Assembly (NCBI GenBank): GCA_028684195.1
Contig: JAQUGH010000001.1
Location: 19,771-83,770 of the forward strand
From: Clostridia bacterium
Lineage (GTDB): Bacteria; Bacillota; Peptococcia; DRI-13; DTU073
Direction: 5' to 3'
Length of the DNA stretch: 64,000 bases
The notes below the pieces were generated by a model. That model saw only the letters and a list, made by a program, of their open reading frames with translations, was not told where the DNA came from and ran no database searches. Shown here one piece after another: positions 1 through 9,405 of this stretch (positions are counted from its first letter, which is position 1; the number at the start of each line of letters is the position of its first letter). The position numbers were made by a program, and so were the translations under genes.

Positions 1-485
1 AGTTCAGGTGCCTCAGGAGTTGTGTGACGTACAGGAATAATTTCTTTACCAATCCTATTATGTATAGTGCCTATCAGCCCTACTATATGACCATTATCTT
101 CTAAGATTCGTGCGATTAAATTAGTCGTTGTTGTTTTCCCATTTGTTCCCGTAACCCCAATTATATTTAAAGATTGACTGGGTTGTCCGTAAATAATATT
201 ACTTAAATCGCCAAGTGCTTTACGACTGCTTTTGACCTGAATCCATGTATAAGTATCCGACTGAAAAGCACTATTTTCTATTATAACAGCAACCGCTCCA
301 CCTTTTAAAGCATCAACAATAAAGTGATGTCCATCTGTCTTGTAACCACTTACAGCTACAAAAACAGCATTTGACAATACTTCCTTTGAATCATTAGAAA
401 TTGCCATAACTTCTTTATTTAAATTTCCCCCAACAGCAACAACTTCAGTATAGCTAATTAATTCTCTCAGGTTCAAACAAACCAT
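1..485 (-). CDS. murE: MurE-type Mur ligase (UDP-MurNAc-tripeptide synthetase), N-terminal part; gene runs off the window start
   Basis: Own translation from ATG at 485 gives MVCLNLRELISYTEV...NIIGVTGTNGKTTTTNLIARILE, which carries the Mur-ligase P-loop. It lies directly downstream of the PBP gene, as in dcw clusters. It is absent from the ORF track because the window edge truncates it. Confidence 0.8.
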   Translation of the reverse strand, partial: MVCLNLRELISYTEVVAVGGNLNKEVMAISNDSKEVLSNAVFVAVSGYKTDGHHFIVDALKGGAVAVIIENSAFQSDTYTWIQVKSSRKALGDLSNIIYGQPSQSLNIIGVTGTNGKTTTTNLIARILEDNGHIVGLIGTIHNRIGKEIIPVRHTTPEAPE

Positions 486-561
486 TCCTTTCTAAAAAAT
501 TATGCAAATTTATTATTACCAACACTAAAGTACTCCAACCATGATCCTTCATTTTGAAAAG

Positions 562-2724
562 CTAAGGTCCTAGTTGTTGCACCGAATTTTCAAGTTTAGG
601 TCCCATAAAAACCATCAGCTCACCGCCTACCTGAACGCGTTCCCCAGGTTCAGGTTCCTGTCTGATAACAATGCCACTTCCTCGTATTTTGAAATTTAAA
701 TTAAGCATTTTGGTCAGTTCCTTAACCTCGCCTACATTTTTTCCTGTTAAATCCGGAATTACAATAAGCTCCGGTTCACCATCTCCTGCTGGTACACTGG
801 TATAAAGCACAACCTTGCTTCCTTCCAATACCTTCGTATTAGCTAGAGGCAACTGCATCTTTACAGTTGTACCATCCCCCAAGACATCAACTTTTATTTT
901 ATTATTAGCGAGCGTATTTACTGCATCCTTAATATTACTTCCCACTAAGTTAGGTAAATATAAACTTTCCTTATTATTACCAGAAATCTTATCAGGTTCC
1001 ACCTGGGCGGGGACTTGCAAATATCGTAAAGAATCACGAATAATATTTCTAAAAGCAGGTGCTGCCACTGTCCCTCCGTAATATATCCCTTCAGGAGTAT
1101 CTACAACAACTAGACAAACTAACTTAGGATCATTTACTGGGGCTACTCCTAGAAAAGACCCCACATACTCAGTTTTTGAGTAACCACCACCAGGAATTAT
1201 TTTCTGAGCCGTCCCTGTTTTCCCCCCAACACGATACCCTTCTACATAAGCATTTTTCCCTGTACCATTACTTACCACTAACTCCAAAATATCCATCACT
1301 TGATGTGCCGTCTCAGGAGCTATTACTTGACGAACAACCTCTGGTTCTACGGTTTTTACTATGTTTCCCTTGTTATCTTGAATTTTCTCAACAATCTGAG
1401 GTTTCATTAATTTCCCATCATTAGCCATTGCTGCACAAGCAGTCACAAGCTGTATAGGCGTCACTGCATTCGCCTGACCTATAGACATAGTCGCTAAATC
1501 AATTTCCTTGCATCTTTTTTTACCTACCAATATTCCTATTGCTTCTCCCGGAAGTTCAATTCCAGTTTTCTTTCCAAATCCAAAACCATACAGGTAACGA
1601 TAAAAAACATCTACTCCTTCACGCAACCCTAAAGTCACAAAAACAGGATTACAAGAATTTTGAACTCCCTCTACAAAAGTTTGGCTGCCATGCCCAGGCG
1701 ATAATTTCCAACATTTTATTTTTTCTTTACCTACTTTAATAAAACCTCCACAATAAAACCTATCATTAAGTTTCACAACACCCTCATCAAGAGCTCCTGA
1801 CATTGTCACTGTTTTAAAGGTGGAACCAGGTTCATAAGCATCTGAAATTAAAAAATTTCTCCACAATGACTGATCATAATTTTGATAATCATTAGAACTA
1901 AAGGTAGGTCTCATGGCCATCGCTAATATCCGCCCTGTTTTAGGATCCATAACTATAGCTCCAGCCTTCTTCGGATTACTTACTTTGACGATTTCATCCA
2001 ATTCACGCTCCACTATGTATTGAATAGTTTCATCAATTGTTAGATAAATACTATTTCCATCCTGTGGTGCTACATATTTTTGTAACGCATCCGGTATTTC
2101 CTGACCTTTAGCATCATATTCAACCATAATCGTCCCTGATATACCTCGCAAAACCTTATCATAACTTATTTCTACCCCATTTAAGCCTTGATTATCTATA
2201 CCAGAAAATCCAAGCACATTAGCAAGAAGCTTATCTTTAGGATAAAAACGTTCCGGTTCCTCCACAAAACTAATTCCCGGCAATTCCAAAGACTTAAGCT
2301 TTTGTGCCTTTTCTTCAGGAACATGCCTTTGAATCCAAACGAAAGCCTGACTCTTCGTTATCTTGTTAAGTACATCGTTCTCATCAATATCTAACGCTCC
2401 TGCTATCTTATTGGCAATATCCTTTTCCTTCTTTGATTTTTTAACCTGAGCAGGTATAGCATAAAAAGAGTCTGTACTAATACTAATTGCCAACGATCTT
2501 CCCTTAGTATCATAAATAATTCCACGTTTCGCTTTTACTTCTACATTACGGAACCGAACCGCAAATGCCTTTTGTCGTAATTCTTCTCCCATAACAAACT
2601 GTACCCAAAACAACCGAATAACTAAAGCAATAAGCATTATCACAATGGTAAGAAAGATATATCCTATTTGTTTTTTCATTTTTATAGAATTAGACAATCT
2701 TCCAACCTCAATTCTTACTGACAT
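562..2724 (-). CDS. Class B penicillin-binding protein (FtsI/SpoVD/PBP2B type) with C-terminal PASTA repeats
   Basis: 720 aa with an N-terminal TM helix. Transpeptidase motifs are GSTFK (SxxK), NSCN (SxN) and KTGT. Two PASTA-like repeats sit at the C-terminus. Position in the dcw cluster fits. Confidence 0.9.
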   Translation of the reverse strand: MSVRIEVGRLSNSIKMKKQIGYIFLTIVIMLIALVIRLFWVQFVMGEELRQKAFAVRFRNVEVKAKRGIIYDTKGRSLAISISTDSFYAIPAQVKKSKKEKDIANKIAGALDIDENDVLNKITKSQAFVWIQRHVPEEKAQKLKSLELPGISFVEEPERFYPKDKLLANVLGFSGIDNQGLNGVEISYDKVLRGISGTIMVEYDAKGQEIPDALQKYVAPQDGNSIYLTIDETIQYIVERELDEIVKVSNPKKAGAIVMDPKTGRILAMAMRPTFSSNDYQNYDQSLWRNFLISDAYEPGSTFKTVTMSGALDEGVVKLNDRFYCGGFIKVGKEKIKCWKLSPGHGSQTFVEGVQNSCNPVFVTLGLREGVDVFYRYLYGFGFGKKTGIELPGEAIGILVGKKRCKEIDLATMSIGQANAVTPIQLVTACAAMANDGKLMKPQIVEKIQDNKGNIVKTVEPEVVRQVIAPETAHQVMDILELVVSNGTGKNAYVEGYRVGGKTGTAQKIIPGGGYSKTEYVGSFLGVAPVNDPKLVCLVVVDTPEGIYYGGTVAAPAFRNIIRDSLRYLQVPAQVEPDKISGNNKESLYLPNLVGSNIKDAVNTLANNKIKVDVLGDGTTVKMQLPLANTKVLEGSKVVLYTSVPAGDGEPELIVIPDLTGKNVGEVKELTKMLNLNFKIRGSGIVIRQEPEPGERVQVGGELMVFMGPKLENSVQQLGP

Positions 2725-2735
2725 CCCTTTTTATT

Positions 2736-3230
2736 TTAATTGATATTTTTCAAAATTGCTTCGCATACTACTTTTATTAATTTTTCGTTTTTTGCATCAC
2801 TTACAGATTGACTATTTGTATTATTTTCATCCAAATTATTTTCATTGGAAAAATTGTCGATATCTAAATATTCAATACTGGGGTTTTTTACCATTCCTAA
2901 ATCAGTAACAGCTAAATACTCTATTTTATCAAGGGCTCCCACACTTGCAACTTCTGATTTTAATTTCTCTATTTCAGAACATATCATTTCATTATTACGT
3001 ATAATCTGATTCATCTCCCAATTCGAACGGGCAACTTTAGCTTTTATATAAATACAACTCAACCCCACTAAAAACAAACATGAAATAGCCAAAGTACCAG
3101 CTACCATTCTAATAAAAGATAATGCCTTGACTTTTTTTCTAATAACCCTTTGACGCTTTCCTTGTGGCAAACTATATTGTTCTTCATACATAAATTCTGT
3201 TGAATCAACGCTTTCCCTTGCTAATATCAA
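2736..3230 (-). CDS. ftsL: FtsL-like cell division membrane protein
   Basis: 164 aa with a single TM helix followed by a coiled-coil-like segment. It occupies the canonical slot between rsmH and the PBP gene. The call rests mainly on position. Confidence 0.6.
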   Translation of the reverse strand: MILARESVDSTEFMYEEQYSLPQGKRQRVIRKKVKALSFIRMVAGTLAISCLFLVGLSCIYIKAKVARSNWEMNQIIRNNEMICSEIEKLKSEVASVGALDKIEYLAVTDLGMVKNPSIEYLDIDNFSNENNLDENNTNSQSVSDAKNEKLIKVVCEAILKNIN

Positions 3231-3263
3231 AAGTATTCACCCTGCCTCTCCTTTAGAACTTAA

Positions 3264-4202
3264 TTATAATTTTTCTACAACACGCAATTTAGCACTACGA
3301 GCCCTCGGATTTTCAGCCTTTTCATTTTCCGTAGGAATTACGGGTTTTCTCGTAAGTATCTTAACTTTAGGTTTATTATTGCAAACACATATTGGTAAGT
3401 CAGGTGGACAAGTACATCCTTGTGCCATTTCTTTGTACACTTGTTTCGTAATCCGATCTTCTAATGAATGAAAAGTAATTACTGCTAATTTCCCACCTTT
3501 TTTCAGAACCTTAATACCTTGCTTTAATGCTGGAGCTAATACATCAAGTTCCTTGTTAACTGCAATTCTTAGAGCCTGAAAAGTACGTTTTGCAGGATGT
3601 CCCCCTTCCTGACGAGCACCTGCTGGAATAGCCTTTTTTATAATATTAACAAGCTCACCCGTAGTTTTAATCGGAGCTTCGATTCGCTTGTTTTCAATAA
3701 ATATAGCTATTCGCTTCGCCCATTTTTCTTCACCATAATCACGAATAATATCAGTTAATTCTTCTATTGAGCTCTTATTCACTAAATCAAAGGCAGTTTC
3801 TTTTCTATCCCTATCCATTCGCATATCCAACATAGCATCATGCCGATAACTAAACCCTCTTTCAGGTTCATCCAATTGATATGAAGAAACCCCAAGATCA
3901 TATATAATACCATCTACCTTTTCAAACGGTGTTTTCTTTATAACCTCTTCCAGATCTTTGAAATTACTATGAAAAATCATGTAATTTTCTTTTCCTAACG
4001 GTCTTAACACTTTCTCCGCAGCATTAATAGCATCAAGGTCTTGATCTAACGCAATTAATTTACCAGTAGGTAAAATTCTTTCTAAAAGTGCTTTACTGTG
4101 TCCTCCTCCTCCTAAAGTACAGTCCACTATCACCATACCCGATGAAGGATTAAGGTAATCTAATGTCTCCTTAAGAAAAATAGGTTTATGCTGAAAATCC
4201 AT
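3264..4202 (-). CDS. rsmH: 16S rRNA (cytosine1402-N4)-methyltransferase RsmH (MraW)
   Basis: 312 aa beginning HKPIFLKETLDYL..., with DCTLGGGGHS and FHSLEDR motifs typical of RsmH. It follows mraZ. Confidence 0.95.
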   Translation of the reverse strand: MDFQHKPIFLKETLDYLNPSSGMVIVDCTLGGGGHSKALLERILPTGKLIALDQDLDAINAAEKVLRPLGKENYMIFHSNFKDLEEVIKKTPFEKVDGIIYDLGVSSYQLDEPERGFSYRHDAMLDMRMDRDRKETAFDLVNKSSIEELTDIIRDYGEEKWAKRIAIFIENKRIEAPIKTTGELVNIIKKAIPAGARQEGGHPAKRTFQALRIAVNKELDVLAPALKQGIKVLKKGGKLAVITFHSLEDRITKQVYKEMAQGCTCPPDLPICVCNNKPKVKILTRKPVIPTENEKAENPRARSAKLRVVEKL

Positions 4203-4214
4203 TTTTAAGTCACC

Positions 4215-4652
4215 TCAAAATCCTAAATCTAATTCCACCATTTTCTCTGCTAATTCCTCATAACTTTCTTCAGCCTTTCGACTATAAATATTCCAACTTT
4301 CCTTATTCCATATCTCAACACGTGTCCCAACTCCAACAAGTACAATTTCCTTACTAATATTTGCGTACTCCCTTAAATGGGTAGTTAGTAAGACACGTCC
4401 TTGCTTATCTAACTCATATTCCACTGCTCCGCCAAAAATATATCGTGCGAATGCCCTCGCATGACTATTCGTAAAAGGAAGCTTCTTTAATTTTTCTTCA
4501 AGTACTGACCACTCATTTCTTGTATAAACAAAGAGACAACCATCTAGTCCTTTGGTTATCATAAGCCAATCGCCCAATGCTTCCCGAAATTTGGCAGGCA
4601 TAATAAACCTACCTTTATCGTCTATAGTATGTTGATATTCACCAATAAACAT
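4215..4652 (-). CDS. mraZ: Transcriptional regulator MraZ
   Basis: 145 aa starting MFIGEYQHTIDDKGRFIMPAKFR. This is the duplicated SpoVT/AbrB-like MraZ signature, and it is the first gene of the dcw cluster. Confidence 0.95.
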   Translation of the reverse strand: MFIGEYQHTIDDKGRFIMPAKFREALGDWLMITKGLDGCLFVYTRNEWSVLEEKLKKLPFTNSHARAFARYIFGGAVEYELDKQGRVLLTTHLREYANISKEIVLVGVGTRVEIWNKESWNIYSRKAEESYEELAEKMVELDLGF

Positions 4653-4693
4653 GCTACTTCATCCCGTTTCTATCACAGCGGAAAAATCCAATA

Positions 4694-4739
4694 CCACTTT
4701 ACTCCACTTGATACCACTTCACTCCACTTGATACCACTT
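4694..4739 (-). promoter_or_regulatory. Array of five direct AAGTGG repeats with exact 10-bp spacing (putative MraZ operator boxes)
   Basis: On the plus strand CCACTT occurs at 4694, 4704, 4714, 4724 and 4734, which is AAGTGG on the mraZ strand. The array lies 42-90 bp upstream of the mraZ start. Confidence 0.7.
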
Positions 4740-5001
4740 ATATTCTACTTAAATTCAATATTTCCTCCTAAATTAATATTTTTTTTATTATAATAGCTAA
4801 ACATTACAATGTGCGGCTTTCCTCAGCAGTGTTTACTGATATGTAAAGGTTTAACTTTTTATATAATTTGCAGTTTAATTAGCAAAAAAAATATTAATTT
4901 TTTTTATATAAATAATGCACAATTTATCTCAAAGTTTGTTAAAATAGTAAAGGAAGATTGTTTTGTTTCTTATTTTTTAATATAAAGGAGTTTTAACTAA
5001 T

Positions 5002-5808
5002 ATGAATGTTTTTCTGTTTACTTCAATACTGGGGTTTGTTGTAATTTGTTTAACGCTTCCAACTTTTTTAAAAGTTTATTTTAATTCTCTTCTTTTATCG
5101 AGCCAATTATTGTACATCCTGACAACCATTATTGCGTTTGTTTGGTATTATTTTTGCTATATCAAAACCATTAGTACATACAAAGAAAAGGAAATTAACA
5201 CACTCATTACTCAAAATAAACTTCAAGGAGAAAAAGCCTTACTCAAGCAGCATCTTGACATAATGGAAAATTTGATTTCTTCAGACTCCCTCACTGGAGT
5301 TTGGAATAAAAGCTATTGTTTTACTAGGCTCGACGAAGAATTTCGCCGCATCAGCCGTAACAAAGGAACTTTTTCTGCTATTATGGTTGATGTCGATAAC
5401 TTTAAAACAATTAATGATACTTACGGACATCTTGTGGGCGACGATTATTTAATATCCTGTGCAAAATTGTTAAGTGATAACACCCGCTTATCGGATGTTG
5501 TATGCCGTTACGGCGGAGATGAGTTTTTTATTATACTACCCGACTCAACTCCTCAAGGAGCTCAAATTGTAGCTGAAAAGCTTCTTGAAAAAGCAAAAGA
5601 AATTAAACTAAAGGAACATGATTTTTCTATAAGTGTTGGTCTTTGTAATAACTGTGAAACATTTAACGATTGTGAGTCAATTATCAACGCTGCTGACTAT
5701 GCCCTTTATCAAGCTAAAAGAGAAGGGCGTAACCGTATTGCATTATACAACCACTCACAAAAACAAGAAAACCTTGCTAAGCAAGGTTTTGAAATTTCAG
5801 ATTTGTAG
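5002..5808 (+). CDS. Membrane-anchored diguanylate cyclase (GGDEF domain)
   Basis: 268 aa with two N-terminal TM helices and a coiled linker, then a GGDEF domain with an intact RYGGDEFFIILP active site. Confidence 0.9.
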   Translation: MNVFLFTSILGFVVICLTLPTFLKVYFNSLLLSSQLLYILTTIIAFVWYYFCYIKTISTYKEKEINTLITQNKLQGEKALLKQHLDIMENLISSDSLTGVWNKSYCFTRLDEEFRRISRNKGTFSAIMVDVDNFKTINDTYGHLVGDDYLISCAKLLSDNTRLSDVVCRYGGDEFFIILPDSTPQGAQIVAEKLLEKAKEIKLKEHDFSISVGLCNNCETFNDCESIINAADYALYQAKREGRNRIALYNHSQKQENLAKQGFEISDL

Positions 5809-5852
5809 TTTTCTATAATGCTTTTAGACTAGTGCTAAGTTTTTGGAACAAT

Positions 5853-6386
5853 TTAGCTTCTTTTTTTTCTATAAACTTTGTATATCAATATCAACACTAC
5901 TAAAATTAATAAAAAACACTCTAGCCCATATAAGGAAGCCATTTTTAATAAACCCAAACTAGTCAAAGTCACAATGACCCCTGCCACCATAACTCCTATG
6001 CTTATGGCTAAAAATGCTTTGATACAGGAAACTCCTAAAAGCCACGCCAATATTGCTCCTGTCCACGCTCCTGTCCCCGGCAATGGTACTGATACAAAAA
6101 AGATCAAACCTAAAATTCCATATTTTTTTATTAATTCTCCCTTAGTCCTCGTCTTCCACAGCAAATTTTGAAAAGTAACTCCAAAAGAAGTGAATTTGCT
6201 TATTAGCTTTTCAAGAGGTTCTAAAAATAATAATATTGGAATAACAGGGAGCAAATTGCCTATTACGGCTAACACAAAAGCCCGCAATGGATCCATACCC
6301 AAAGTTATCGCCAATGGTATGCTTGCTCTTAATTCAGTAATAGGGAGAATTGATAATATTAAAATGCGCCAATCTATTAGGGACAT
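5853..6386 (-). CDS. Small multidrug-export-like integral membrane protein (COG2426 / Sm_multidrug_ex type)
   Basis: 177 aa polytopic membrane protein. The N-terminal PITELRASIPLAI motif is recalled from that family. Confidence 0.6.
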   Translation of the reverse strand: MSLIDWRILILSILPITELRASIPLAITLGMDPLRAFVLAVIGNLLPVIPILLFLEPLEKLISKFTSFGVTFQNLLWKTRTKGELIKKYGILGLIFFVSVPLPGTGAWTGAILAWLLGVSCIKAFLAISIGVMVAGVIVTLTSLGLLKMASLYGLECFLLILVVLILIYKVYRKKRS

Positions 6387-6466
6387 AATTTAACTCCATC
6401 TATCTAATATTAGCAATACATATGTATATCATAACCATATGTATTACTTAGCCAAGATATTTTACT

Positions 6467-7426
6467 TTATTTAGACGACTTCATGGATATCGCCTTCAAT
6501 TGACGTATGCTTTGCCCAGTAAATTTCAATATTTTCGATGTTCCCATAATTCTGTCACTCAATCTATCTTCATACGTTTTTCCTATTTCATTCGGCATAA
6601 GATTAGTACTGATTACCCAAGGTAGTTGATAATTAATTCTCTCATCAAATAAATAAAATAATTGTTCACGTACAAAATCCGTAGCCACTTCTGTTCCTAA
6701 ATCATCAATAATTAATAAATCTACCCTAAAAAGTGATTTTAACTCATTATGAAATGACTTTTCAAATTTATCAAGATTAAACTTATACTCTCGAAGCATC
6801 TCTAATATTTTTCCGCTCTTAAGATAAACAACATTTACCCCTGCCTTTAATACATAATTTGCTATAGCACTACATAAATGTGTCTTACCTATTCCTATCG
6901 GCCCACAAACGAAAAGATTCTCTGCTTTTTTCCTTTCACATATCTCTTCTGCAAAATTTATGCTTTGCTGTAATATAAGACGATACCGTTCTTTATCCTC
7001 ATACCAATCCAAGGAAAATGTATTAAAAGTTTGTTGCTTTTGCTCCGGTCCCAACCCACTACATTTCAATCGTGTTTGTATCTCTTCTTGAAGAAGGCAA
7101 CTGCATTTTTCCCCTATCCCTATAAATCCTGTGTCCTGGCATTTCTCACAATCCCACCAAACGTTATACATGTTATTAGGTAGATTATATTGCTTCATTA
7201 ATGCACTCTTCTCAGCCTGAAGTGTTTCTTGTCCTTTAAGCAATTCCTCATGCGACATCCCCATTTTGCCTTTACCCATTCCCATCAAGGCGATTTCTAA
7301 TGACATTTGAGCAAACAGCCGTGATATTTCCTCTAATCGAGGATATTTTTTATGTAGTGCTTCTATTCTAACTACCCATTCAGCTATTTTCTTTTTTCTT
7401 TTCAATGCACGTCCTGATAAAGACAT
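6467..7426 (-). CDS. dnaI: DnaI/DnaC-like helicase loader ATPase (IstB-like AAA+)
   Basis: Walker A is GPIGIGKTHL and Walker B is LLIIDDLG, with an N-terminal Cys-rich zinc-like region (CEKCQDTG...CSC). The start was moved to the ATG at 7426, which is preceded by GGTGGGTGG. The track ORF extends to 7468. Confidence 0.8.
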   Translation of the reverse strand: MSLSGRALKRKKKIAEWVVRIEALHKKYPRLEEISRLFAQMSLEIALMGMGKGKMGMSHEELLKGQETLQAEKSALMKQYNLPNNMYNVWWDCEKCQDTGFIGIGEKCSCLLQEEIQTRLKCSGLGPEQKQQTFNTFSLDWYEDKERYRLILQQSINFAEEICERKKAENLFVCGPIGIGKTHLCSAIANYVLKAGVNVVYLKSGKILEMLREYKFNLDKFEKSFHNELKSLFRVDLLIIDDLGTEVATDFVREQLFYLFDERINYQLPWVISTNLMPNEIGKTYEDRLSDRIMGTSKILKFTGQSIRQLKAISMKSSK

Positions 7427-7440
7427 TAATTTCCACCCAC

Positions 7441-8388
7441 CTAATTTACATCTAGCATTTTTTCCCAATCTCTGCTGTCAGCATGACTAATCCGTTTCTT
7501 CTTATTCCCCTGCTTTTGAGTCTTTTCTTCCTTATTATCATGTTCATATAAAGCTTTCCCGGCATCCTCTATATTTTTCACTCCTTGACTATACCAATTT
7601 TCGAGAATACTATCAATATATTTAAAGCTTGGACTATTGGTACGTACCGTTTCCTCAGCCGCTTTCATAATAACTTCATGCCCAAATTTCCACTGACCAC
7701 ACCACTTCATGTACATTTCCCGTTGCGGTCTAGTTATACCTCCGTACTGACCTACACATTTTTTTACTTCTCCGACCTTATACTGTATCCAATCTAAATT
7801 ATCAATAAAGGATATCAATCCGTCCACTGTATTTATTCCGTTTTCATACACTCTTTTGGCTACAGGCTTGTATACTTGTATATTTGTTTGTCCTCTCTCA
7901 AAACACAATTGAAGAAATATTAAAATAAATTCCGTAGACCAACCATATTTTATATTAAATTCTTGCAGTAATTGTTTTTCTCTGAGCGTTATAGATAAGG
8001 TTCCTCTTGCTTGATCAAGCCATTTAAGAATTTGATTATAATCGAATTTGCCTTTTTCATTTGCAGAAACCGACTTACACTCATCTTTAGCTTTATCTAT
8101 CTTTTGTAAAACATAATACAACCTTCTCCAAAGAGGCGAAAAAGAAATCGTTTTAGCTTCTCCCTCCAAATTCCAAGTACACCATCCTTCTGCTAAGGCC
8201 CATTTTATCCAATAATCCTTCGCATATTCTTCTGGAGAAGATATTATTTTACTTCTTGCCATAGCTAAAAGTAGATATCCTAAATTTTCCGAAGAAATAT
8301 CCAAACTTTGTATGTTTTCAATTAAAATAAGAGGTATATTAATATGTCCTCTTTCCATCACACAATCAATATATTCGTAATCCTGCAA
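7441..8388 (-). CDS. DnaD-domain replication initiation / membrane attachment protein (DnaB/DnaD family)
   Basis: 315 aa. It pairs with, and overlaps, the downstream DnaI-like gene as in Firmicute dnaB-dnaI operons. The DnaD-like repeat region includes YENGINTVDGL and IDSILENWYSQGV. Confidence 0.7.
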   Translation of the reverse strand: MQDYEYIDCVMERGHINIPLILIENIQSLDISSENLGYLLLAMARSKIISSPEEYAKDYWIKWALAEGWCTWNLEGEAKTISFSPLWRRLYYVLQKIDKAKDECKSVSANEKGKFDYNQILKWLDQARGTLSITLREKQLLQEFNIKYGWSTEFILIFLQLCFERGQTNIQVYKPVAKRVYENGINTVDGLISFIDNLDWIQYKVGEVKKCVGQYGGITRPQREMYMKWCGQWKFGHEVIMKAAEETVRTNSPSFKYIDSILENWYSQGVKNIEDAGKALYEHDNKEEKTQKQGNKKKRISHADSRDWEKMLDVN

Positions 8389-8399
8389 ATAAAACCCTC

Positions 8400-9254
8400 C
8401 TAAAAAGTCAATGATTTAAAAATAATATGAACCCCATAAACTATTAAGCCAGTCAGTCCCTCCAATTCTTGGCAAACAACCTTCCGAACTTCTTTGGCTA
8501 TATCAGGAAGATAGTATCCATAAAGAGCTGTGATCTCAATTCGTACTGTTACCCCCTCTTCCTGCATATTTACCAATACTTTGTTAACCTGAGATACGCC
8601 GGGATTTTGAATAACAACATACGTTACAATTTGAGATACAACATTTTCTGAAATGAGTAATTTCCCTATATAACTAAATTTCGGTCTAATAATTGACTTC
8701 TCTCCAATTTTATGTCTACTCTCATTCTTCTTTTTAAAAAAGTATTTCAAAGGATCAACTAAATATCCTGGGAAATCTTTTTTTACCTCTATGGTAGGAA
8801 CAGGTATTACGTGCATTCCATGATTATTACGATATTCTAATGCTAATTTTATTTCTTTTTCAGTTGCAACATCTTCAATATGTATCACTTCAGTAGGTTC
8901 CGGGAGTTCCAGTGTCTTTGTAATTCTTAATACCATCCGCAAAGATGTTCCCAAAACCAAAATTTTAGATGCATTAATTTCTTTAAGACTTTTCTGTACA
9001 TCACGAGCATGCTCATGATCAAGGAAAATAGCCCTTTTCACAGCTTTAAGTGTTGTAGCTTCCCTTTTTGCTGATTTACCAGTCACCTTGTATCCATCTT
9101 TAATTAAAAGGCCATCATCAATTACCGTATCTATTCCATGCTTATAGGCTATAGTCATGGCTCGATGACTCTTTCCCGTACCACTTGAGCCAACCAAAGC
9201 ATATACCTCCATCACCATCACCACCATCACTAAGGTTTCTATCCCTTTATCCAC
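8400..9254 (-). CDS. Fusion protein: N-terminal P-loop NTPase domain plus C-terminal Asp23/Gls24 (alkaline shock protein) domain
   Basis: Walker A is GSSGTGKSHRA, followed by HGIDTVIDDGLLI. The C-terminal ~110 aa (ISENVVSQIVTYVV...VTVRIEITALYGYYLPDIAKEVRKVV) looks like Asp23. The start codon is uncertain because of an M/V-rich N-terminus. Confidence 0.6.
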   Translation of the reverse strand: MDKGIETLVMVVMVMEVYALVGSSGTGKSHRAMTIAYKHGIDTVIDDGLLIKDGYKVTGKSAKREATTLKAVKRAIFLDHEHARDVQKSLKEINASKILVLGTSLRMVLRITKTLELPEPTEVIHIEDVATEKEIKLALEYRNNHGMHVIPVPTIEVKKDFPGYLVDPLKYFFKKKNESRHKIGEKSIIRPKFSYIGKLLISENVVSQIVTYVVIQNPGVSQVNKVLVNMQEEGVTVRIEITALYGYYLPDIAKEVRKVVCQELEGLTGLIVYGVHIIFKSLTF

Positions 9255-9405
9255 ATTAACTATTCCCCTACGATTTCTAATTATATCACATATATACAGA
9301 CACAGATATGAATAAGAGTTATTATTATTGTGCTAATATTTCACTTTTGAGATATAATATTTATAGGGTTGATTTTATATTTTAATAAAACATAGGGGGT
9401 ATTTT

